A stretch of DNA of 64,000 bases from Bigelowiella natans CCMP2755 (lineage: Eukaryota; Protista; Cercozoa). Both the position numbers and the translations under genes were made by a program. The stretch lies in NCBI GenBank assembly GCA_000320545.1, contig ADNK01000503.1:189557-253556 (forward strand), read 5' to 3'. The first letter of the stretch is position 1. Each line of letters starts with the position of its first letter. Shown in pieces: positions 54,401-64,000 of the stretch. A model generated the notes under the pieces. It saw only the letters and a list, made by a program, of their open reading frames with translations, ran no database searches and was not told the DNA's origin.

Positions 54401-55428
54401 ATTCAATTTGTCTCAACAAATGCGCATATTAACTGTGTGTGTAGTCGGCATTGTCTTGTGCAAGCTAATGGCAATTGCATTCTACTGCGATGCATGATCA
54501 TGCTAAGCCCTGCTCCGCACACACCAACCACGTGCAATTGATGAAGTGAAGACCACAATAACTCTACATCAGAGAAAAGTGGGTATAACGTACGATTTAC
54601 TACGATATCATGCACAATGAGTCATCCTCTGCAGCTTCAATTTCACCCATCATCGCACCAAATTTAATGTCCATTTTTATCCATCTGTTGATTGATTGGA
54701 GACACACGACGATTCAATGATACATATTACGTAGTGGAAAATCCTGCTGTAATATATGACGATTATTGTGTTGGTGGATACCTTGCCACTGTGTCTGCTG
54801 TCCTGCGCTTAAGCGGTAAAAGGCACGCTATGGCCTGGAAACCGAAACTACCACGATCCCCCAGCATGTCGCCATCTTATTCAAGATAATAATGAAATCA
54901 AAATTGAATTGCAATCTAGCACAAACAAGTAAGCAGTGACGGCACAGAGAAAGAACTTTCACGCTCGTTTCTATCAATGTTATTTTAAATATTCACGTAC
55001 GAATTTCTAATCAAAGTAATGAAAATCAACAGCAAGAACGCCAATGATTCTCATTCCGCGATAGAGCGAACAAAATCATTGGCGTGCTCAGTATTAAAGG
55101 TTTGAGGAAAAAATATTAGATTCAGTTGCTTGCAAAGTTTTGTGGAGGGAAGTATGAACCATCATCGGAGTTCAAATCATAGTTTAAAACGATAATCACT
55201 TCACTAAGAATAGTTTAACTTTAATCACTTCCCTTCTAGGTCTTTGTGCAACGAATACAAAATAAACTAATTTCCACCAGCCCTCACAACGTTCGAGTCC
55301 GTCAAATCCTCTTTCTCTTCTTCTGTAGAGTCTAATTATGATCTTTCTAATCATCTTGTCAACCAGATTGTGATGCATCGAGTTCCTCTCTAATCGCTCG
55401 TCTCCATTCTTCAATATGTTCCTTTAAG

Positions 55429-57083
55429 TCATAGTATTCGGTAAGTAGGTTTTGGGTGCTTCTTCCAGTTTAAGAATGGATCACGATGGCGCAGGTTCTC
55501 TTCTCCCATCCCCAACAAATGTGTTGCTACTACTTACTACTACTACTACTACCTGAAGTTCGTTGAGCAGTTGTTGGCCTTTTGCGACCAATGCCTCAGC
55601 TTCTGTGAGATATATAACATGGTTCTTAACAACACGCATAAAGGCAGCGCCTACAGACAATAATTCGCTGTACGTTTCTTTGAGGCTGATATGCTGCTGT
55701 GAGAGAAGGACCCACTATCTGGCTCAACTTCCATGTCTACGATATGATGATGATGGTGATGATGATGATGAGGATGATGATAATGACAACGATAATGATG
55801 ATAATCACCAACAAAGTTTTATCAAGACCACACTGTAGTTTTAACATTAGTTGATACATTACTGTTCCCTCCCTCCCTTCCTCCCTTCCTCCTCCACCAT
55901 GCCCCTCCCTTATGTGGCACACTTCTTGGGCTAAGCTCTGTTAGATGCTCTTCTAATTTGTTCTCCTCCGCCTTTCCATCCTTGAGCTGTTGCTGAATTA
56001 AAACGGAAGATAAGGTCCGCAGAAAGCAGAAAGGGTAAGAGAATTAAGACGAATAATGGGGAGAAATCGATTTTTTCAAGTTTGAAATCAATATGATCTT
56101 TATTGTGGTAATAACGATCAACATGGTGATATATTATTACGACAAATGACGATACGCTTTCTAGAACATCAAAACAAATATTTGCTCAGATGTAAAAACC
56201 ATGGATAATAAAATACTGGATGAGACATAAGCATTTGGTACATACGTCTGCGCGGTTAAGCAAAGTCTTTGTTCGCAGCATCGTCTGCAAAACCTGATCG
56301 GGGGCAATTGTACGGTAAATTTCACAATCGAAAGAATATTAGGATTCATTTCAGTGCACGCATCTTTACTACGTAAAAAAGAGATATGTACCATTCATTA
56401 CCTTTTGACAGGAAGGAACTTGTAAAGAGAGCTTCTTTGGATTATTCTCGATGTCCTGCATCAGAGCCAAAAGGGCTCCAACCTATGTAGTAGGGGTGAA
56501 GAACGCACAATACACGGGAACGAGAAAGATATGAGGAAGATGAGAATTAAAAACATTTTTTCATGGATACTAATAACTATGGTGCGAGTGATCGCCACTA
56601 CCTTCCTTGTTGTGCCCGGAAACCTTTTGGATTTGTAGCCTTTTACCTTATCTGCGGCAGTAACAGTGGTATCGTCAATAACCCCATTCTACAATGTCAT
56701 TATGTCTTCATTGATTATTCACACTACCTTGATCTTCTTTCTCATGTGTTTGGTCAATATTGTATTCCTTTTTTTCCTCATCATGCTCCTTCTTGTCGTT
56801 TTTAACTTCTTCACCATCATCGATTGACCGTATCTTTACTCCTCCGTCCCCCTGAGAGCTGTTTTCAGGTATATTTAACGACGATGACTGAGATGCACAT
56901 AGGTCATCATCATCTTTGATGACTGCGTCGTTCCCACAAGCCGATCGTTCGATTTTACGAGGAGTATCTCCAAAGTCAAGGTGACTGGGATCAGAGCGAT
57001 CAATCTCTTCTGCTACAGAGTCCCATATGTCAGGTTTTTCTTCTTCCACTGTCTTCACATATTTGTGCATCGCCTGAATAAAT

Positions 57084-57118
<35 letters not shown>

Positions 57119-57750
57119 TCCATGTGGTATGGCGGTGCTTGGTATGCATGCAGCATTCTTCATGTTTAGTAGCAACCTCCATTTTGCCCATGCCCTTAAG
57201 TGCTGACCAGCACTTCCATTTCGCGTATTCGGTCACGTGCCACATAGAGGGCTGATGATGAAAAATCATCGTTTCAGAATAAATAATCCAACACTTACCA
57301 ACTGAATTCGTATGCAGCAACACTCATCACCTGTTCCATGCTACAGTCGCCCTCCGTAGCTTGTTTGTAGAGTGTATAGAGCATCAGCAAACCTGTAACG
57401 GGATTATTGATACTGAATGATGTTTTCTTTAGGGCAGCAGTGTCGTGAGTTATGCCTACTTAAGACGATTTGTACCATCATTGGACATTGAGATTCCTTC
57501 GTGCGTTGGAGCTTTGGCTGCCTGTGTAGTGAAGCGCAAGGTTCTTGAGAGTATGCGTGAATTACTGGGGTTTCTCAAAATGTTCCGCTAGAATAGGAGG
57601 AAATCCGTCCGAGGAAGAAGTCGTTAATGATTTTTGTGGTTAAACGTCACAGCTCACCAAACTTACTACTACCTTGGAGACGAACTCAAATCGCTGAGGA
57701 TATTGCATAAGGGAGGCCTGCCGGCTAGCCGTTTTCATAACGCCGGCCAT
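55429..57750 (-). CDS. Acyl-CoA-binding (ACBP) domain protein with acidic linker and C-terminal coiled coil
   Basis: MAGVMKTASRQASLMQYPQRFEFVSK|AAK..MSNDG|LLMLYTLYKQATEGDCSMEQ|PSMWHVTEYAKWKCWSALKGMGKME|AMHKYVKTVEE. Confidence 0.88.
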
Positions 57751-57999
57751 GGCTTTAATGTAAGCCCCTCTTGCAATGGATCTCAGCCAGTTCCAACCCC
57801 CCCTGACGTTCTGTGTACTAATCTGAGGAGGGAGATGACGTGTTCTGATTGTTGCCTAATTGTTGTCCGCCAAGCCCAAAAATCACATCTATTTTCCTTG
57901 GAATCTGCCTATTTCAACTGTCACAACTGTAAAATAGATCAATTTTATGATGTGTTCCTTCGTAAGTTTTGCTCATTGTTGTTGTTGTTGTTGTTGTTT

Positions 58000-59201
58000 T
58001 ATTACTGTTGTGTGGATGATCATTTCGCGTCAGCTGAGCGGACAAAATTTTCTTCTTGATATTTCCAATGCCATCCATACCGAACGACTACTTTTACACC
58101 TTGTCGTAGCTGTCGATCGGAGAGCATTATCATCGCATAATAGGAAGGAAAGAGAGCGATCATTTAGTTTGCCCTGGTGGATAACTATACATTCATTTAT
58201 CAACGGACAAAGAAGGAGGAGGAGGGTGGAGGCTGGCGTTGATAAACTCTGGAAACAGATTCGATATTCGACGGTGATGGGATTGCAGAAAGGATGCCAG
58301 GGAGTGGAACACAAAGTAGTCCTCTTCCTCCTTGTCGTCACGGGCCTTTCTCCCCCCCCAATCTGCCCCTTCTGTCTTGTGGCTGCCACGGACTCTGAAT
58401 CCCAGCCGATATCGTTCGGCGAGTGTCTCTCGCTGGATCCAAGCTACTCTGAACTTGTACACAGTGACTATGATAATGATGCTGTGTGGTGACGAATACG
58501 ACAACGATGATGATGATGATGATGATGACGACGACAATGATGTAGACAAGTATTGTCATACTCTAATTTTGCTTTTTTATGCAAGATCTACCGCAATCTT
58601 ACATGCGCCATTGAGGCTTATCCACACTACTACTCGGCTGCAAACGCTCCAAAGCCGTCGGCTGATGGATCAGTTTGCACCTTGCGCCATTGTAATGCCT
58701 CAAGCGAACATTTGAAGGAACAGGTGCTAACAATTTCGATCGTCAATGCCCGTGATATAACAAAGTTTTGCAACGTAAATGCGATACATTTTGGTTTTCT
58801 AACAAGATCATAATTCACAAAAGCAAGATTGCTTAACGATAGAAGTCTCTTGGTTTCTGGTTTTAGTTTCCAGACAAATTTAAGGGCCATCTCGAAAGGC
58901 TGGGCAATCAGGTCATTATTATTAGATTTTATTATTAGTATTAGAAACTTTCTTCTAATTACCATACCCTATTATTTTCATAAGTTACTGTTCTGATCTT
59001 TTATCTTTCGCACACTTGCAAATCATATGTTTATTTTGAAAACATCATGATGTTTCTTTCCGTGAGAATGCTATCGCCCATTATCGGAGGAGAAAGTCAT
59101 AGGTGTTTTTTCTTCATGGGCCTCATCAGAGGTTGCTCACTGTTGTTGTTGTTGTTGTTGTGGTTGTTGTTGTTGTTGTTGTTGTTGTATTGTGTTATCG
59201 G

Positions 59202-59238
<37 letters not shown>

Positions 59239-62200
59239 TCTCTCTCCGTTTCTCTCTCTCTCTATGTGTGTGTGTGGGTTTTTCACTCTCTCCTCTAGGG
59301 CCAACCAAAACTAGAGATCGAAGAAATACAAGGTTGTTTGGAAGGACCCGAGTTTTTAAAAAGGTACTTCTAACTATGATCCATCATATACTCAACGTTT
59401 TGCACGTGCGAAGTAATAGCACATTCATAATTACGTTAAAAAACAATTTAAAGCTACGTGTACGCAAACAAGCCGGTGGTGATGCGCGGATGCGGTAAAG
59501 CCCTGAGCATTTTGGAAAAGTGGAGCGATGAATACTTGCTGAAGAAGGAGGCTCTAGCGTACTGGAGACCTTTTGTTGAAGAACATCATCCGGTAAGAAG
59601 AAGCTTTCGGATAAGACAAATAATGGGTTCAATGTTTTTCCGTGTCCTACTCCTCAGAAACTCAATTTCTTCCTTTTTCTGAAACTCTCTTTCCACTCCT
59701 TTATCACTGTTATTACGTCCTGTCGCCCTGGATCAACAAATGGAATTTCGAGAGAAGAAGGAAAACGGTGTCGGAGCATTAAACGTGCCGTATACTTTCA
59801 TGTCCATGCATACCTTTCTCGCCAAATATCGTGAAGGCATCCCACTAAAGATGGAGCAAGTTATTGACATTGAGGAATTGCAGTCAGTACATCTAAACAC
59901 CCAAAGCAAATCATGCTAACGAAGCAAGCTTAAAACAAGAAACATGCTTAATTGCTGCTATGAGCTTGGATCTTTGGATAGAGATGAATAAAAACTTACT
60001 ATCAATTAGAGAGGAGATACAAATCTTGCCACCGCTCCGATGTGCTCGCACCTTGAGGCAACTTGGAGACTTCAAGCTTTGGTACTCGCTCACTGCGATC
60101 TCCGGATTACTACGTTTCCTTCTATTTTCACCACACCTTGTAATTAATGCAACTGGATTATAAAAGCTAAAGTTGTCATTGTTTTTTGAGTGATCATTCT
60201 TCGGTCCTTCTGATACAAATATTGGAACAACGACTGGTGGTACTGGTGCTGCCGCTATGTTACACCTACACAGGTTCAGCAGCGGGGGAATAGAGGAGAA
60301 AATGATGCACACGACAAAAGATGTGCTTAGGATGATCTTGGATGGTGAGGAGGAGGTAAAGAGAAGGAGGAAGAAGAGAAAAAGGAGAAAGATAGTTATT
60401 ATCATCACCATTATTAGTATGATCGTTTTCATCGTTATTTCATAGCATGATCATCTTTTATCATCATACTCAGATCCTCCTAGTTGACCCCATTGATGCT
60501 TCAAAGTTTCTCTATATGGACTATAGCGAGTTCGTTGGCCTTCCGCCTTTCAACCAGCAACGAATCGATCTTAGCGTGTAAGGACAAGCGACTGCATATT
60601 CGTGTGTACTTATCTATTAATTCCGTGTCGCCAGAGAATAATCCTCTGTCGTTGATAACTTTTTGTGCGTTCTTGTGTGCAGTTGGGGGAGCTTTAGTGC
60701 TGATGCATGTGTTTTGTAGATGTTGTTCACTTTTGTAGCTTCTTTTCTATCAATGGTCAGGTATCCCTTGGTGAAGGAAACGCCTATGGCCAAATTGAAC
60801 CTACAAAAAGGAGACTTACTCTATATACCCCTTCTCTGGGCTCACCAGGTTTGTGACTTTAGTTTAAGGCTATGATGCTGAAGAGGGTGGATGATGGTGG
60901 TAACTTATAGATATAAACTATTGAGAAAATCATATCGACGGTGAAGAAGCAACGAGTAACTGTATTCCTCATTTTGACCATAAGTAGATTCGATCTAAAC
61001 CAGGCAGAGATGTCTCCCTGATAATGGAATTCGAAAGCTGGAAAGTAGTAGTACAATAAACTAGAAAAGTGTACATATCCAGAATATGCAAGTGCTGAAA
61101 TGCAAAGAGCTGCTTCTCATCTAGCCTCCATCAATTATCATTCGTTTCCTTCCTCTCAACATAGGATGTTGCCGAGATCCATCCGAAAACAGGGTTTGAC
61201 GTATGGAGAGGTAATGGTGGTGATGATAACAGCAACGAGGAGATCGAGGAGGAAGAGGAGGAGAAGGAAGGAGGAGCTAAGCAGAATGGAGGTGGCTTGG
61301 GTGTTGACGACGACCTATCAATCAAGAGAACAACTGCACAGCTGCCTCTTCAACTGAAGGCGTGGGAGATGATATTCCTCCCAAACACAAATTGGGGGGC
61401 TGAAATTGCCGAATGGATTAAAAAGCTGCGAGATGAAACAACAACGAGTAATGGCGGCAAAGGTAGGAGGAGCCTCAGATGTGCTATTTGAATGCCATTG
61501 ATGTACATATTCATTCAAATACAGACGATGATGATGGTAGTTATGATGGGGGGAGGCTAGAGCTGAGATTGATCGTAACAGCAGGATTCGCAGATATCCG
61601 GCAACTGAAGGCTATGGATCTATGTGGAAAGTATCTTAAAGTAGAAAAGGAGAAGGAGGAGGAGAAGGAGGCGATGATGATGAAGATGGCAGCGACAACT
61701 AGGCAGACTCATCATCAGCAGCAACATCCTTTGTTGTCAGAGCTTGTTGTGCAGGCTAATCTCGCGTGGTGGGACCATGGTCTCAATAACTTAGCACCTT
61801 TGATTCTTCCTGATATGAACTTTGGAAGTGACGACGACGACGAGGACAAAAGCTATGATATCAAGGCAGAGAATAGTCTGGAACATCTCGAAAGTGTCTT
61901 GGACCATAGTATTTCAAAAACCTCGGATTTCTTCGATAAGCTTCTCCTCCCAGCTGCCAACAAGCTAGCAAAGGTGCTTTGTTTTCAACAAATCAGTATT
62001 AATCATTGCAATTGTTTCATGGAGTCGTCGCATTAAACTATGTTCTTCATGTTCTCCATTGTGATGTACGAATACAGCTGCATTTACATGTATACATACA
62101 CATGGATACACTGATACATACATACTTACATGCACACATTGATTGATTCACACAGGCGGAGCAGTATGGAGTTCATTTGTACCACAAACTGCTTTGCTCG

Positions 62201-63451
62201 ACTCCGATAGCGTTTAAAGTTTCTATTGATGATGATGATAAAGTGGATGGTGCTACGAATGAGAAAGGAGGCGTGGATAAACAAAACAGCGACACCGGTT
62301 TATCAGAGGTAATGACAACGATTGTATCTACACGAGAATACCCACTACCAAATAGTTGTATGGAAAGAAAAACACGAAAAGGAAGTGAGAGAAGCTCAAC
62401 AGCGAAGGAAATCACGGGCCATGCTGAAGGCAATGATCTGCTTCTCTCATCGATGTGGTGTAACTAACAGCAACAAACATTCTTTTTCAAAAAACAGCAG
62501 CAGCATCAGCATGAGGACAGTTCCATTGTATATCTGGTGGAATTCGATGGTGATGTACCAACTGTGAAGAAGATCCATCTTCAAGGTTCGTTACTACACC
62601 CCATTACTACTACTCTTCTACTACTACTACTACTACTACCAACAAGCCTATCATATAGCATAATATAGTTGTAGCAAATAATGACAGCAACATCTACGGT
62701 AGTAGGCCACATGATGACCACAACAAAATAAAACTAACTAAATATTGAAATATGCGAAGAAGATGGGAAAATGAAGGGGTTATGAATGTCATATTTACCT
62801 CTACTATAACCACTCGCCATCGTCATTCATATTGTGAATTAACAGTAAACTCACTCCTGCATGCTCACACCGTTATCCAGGCGGTCAAAACTTCCAGGGT
62901 GAGATGGAACATGGCATCTTTTTGGAAATCATAGAGTACGTGCGTCTTTTTAACAAAACAAATACACACATATACACACACACTCACACATCCACATAAT
63001 AATATGTGTTATGTGGTTGTGTGGTTATGTGGTTTCAGTGACAGCAGCTTTGTCCGGTTTTTAAAGGCTAATCGACTCGAAAAGGTAAATTGACAAAATA
63101 ATATCTGTAGGCAAAGACATGTATGTTGCACGATATGTACCAACAAACAGCATCATTGCGTCTGCATTCGTCATATCAAAGCCTATTGAATTCCCTCATT
63201 AGGAGAAAATAAAATATCGATTGCTCAAGCTTGGGAAAATGAGGGTAGACCTACCAGCTCGTCCTGAGAACAATATGGGTACTACTGCCTTTTTATTATC
63301 AACAACAAACAAACATTACTAGGATAGACAGAGAGAGAGAGTTTATGCTGGATTGATTCCAATGATAATGGGTATCATTATTGTAGAACCAAAGGCCGTA
63401 GAGGCAGCTCTGAGCACCGTACCTCTTTGTTTTGGATATATCTTCCGGTGA
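58000..63451 (+). CDS. Cupin-like/JmjC (JMJD5/JMJD7-type) protein with unknown N- and C-terminal regions; ends uncertain
   Basis: GPEFLKS|YVYANKPVVMRGCG..EKWSDEYL; FKLWYS; VLRMILDGEEE|ILLVDP; PFNQQRIDLS..YPLVKETPMAKLNLQKGDLLYIPFSWAHQ. Confidence 0.75.
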
Positions 63452-64000
63452 TATAGTTGGAAGAGGAGGAGGAGGATGGAGTTGTAGATTTGAGCGTTAT
63501 ATATTTATAGGAGAGATCTGACTACGTTTTTTTGTTGGCGAGAGAGAAAGAGAGACAGAGGGGGGGAGAGGGGGGGGGGGGGGAGAGAGAGAGTCCTCCG
63601 GCATCTTCACGATCATCATCCTTGGTACTTTTCTGAGAGAGTCTTTGTTGGACTTAACATCATGTTTTTTCACAAAAAGTCTCAAGTTTCGAGCTAGCTG
63701 CGACTTGTTACCATGCGGAATCCGGAGACCTGAATCCGACAAACGCCACAGCAAGGCAAGGATAACACAGAAGGGGGCGAGGGGGGGGGGGGGGGGGTTT
63801 TAGAAAAAAGGGTTTTAAAGGTATTATGAATGGAATGTTGTCCTCAATGTTGCAAAATTTCCGGCCAACCTCCTAATTAAATGAAAATGGGTGGTTGAAA
63901 AAAACTAATTTCCTGGGTGTTCTTTTCTCCTGGAATCATTAGTGTCCCTCGAGCTAGCAACGGGGTTCCTGAATACTGCCTATTGCAACCACCTGGAAAA

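Larger units (their letters stand above)
540..63600. repeat. Very dense microsatellites ((CA)n, (TA)n, (GA)n, (TAC)n, (GAT)n, (GAA)n, (TTG)n), mainly in introns and low-complexity exons
   Basis: Directly visible, e.g. 548-582, 846-880, 5794-5853, 21341-21410, 39037-39090. Confidence 0.97.

Noticed and set aside
477-63754. Hundreds of short ORFs with poly-C/V/Y/L/H/S runs
   Set aside because: They are translations of microsatellites or antisense frames of real exons (e.g. 35776-36750 -, 45888-46418 -).
63550-64000. Poly-G tracts / G-quadruplex at the window end
   Set aside because: Homopolymer-rich and possibly low-quality sequence; no supportable feature.
1-64000. CRISPR arrays, rRNA, tRNA
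   Set aside because: No repeat-spacer periodicity or recognisable structural RNA seen by eye; small ncRNAs cannot be excluded without Infernal/tRNAscan.

Overview
Eukaryotic nuclear DNA from an intron-rich microbial eukaryote (lineage not determinable from this window). Introns are GT-AG and loaded with microsatellites, so most ORFs in the supplied track are artefacts. Manual splicing gives about 12 genes: MFS transporter (+), flavin amine oxidase (-), Zn2Cys6 transcription factor (-), ZZ+RING E3 ligase (+), long-chain mannitol dehydrogenase fused to two EF-hands (-), acylated SRPBCC-like protein (+), Gle1-like (+), C2H2 zinc-finger protein (-), large JmjC protein (+), SYCP2-like meiotic axis protein (+), ACBP-domain protein (-) and a cupin/JmjC protein (+). 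The most striking non-gene signal is a set of local zones (about 9.1-9.9, 48.9-50.3 and 53.6-54.4 kb) where TpA is almost absent except inside CTAG, while TG/CA are abundant and CpG is retained. Paralogous copies of a small dispersed repeat, and CTAG-rich sequence at every convergent gene junction, differ by TA->TG/CA changes. This suggests a targeted A->G hypermutation process, the mirror image of fungal RIP. All gene models and counts were made by eye; boundaries are approximate and nothing was database-checked.
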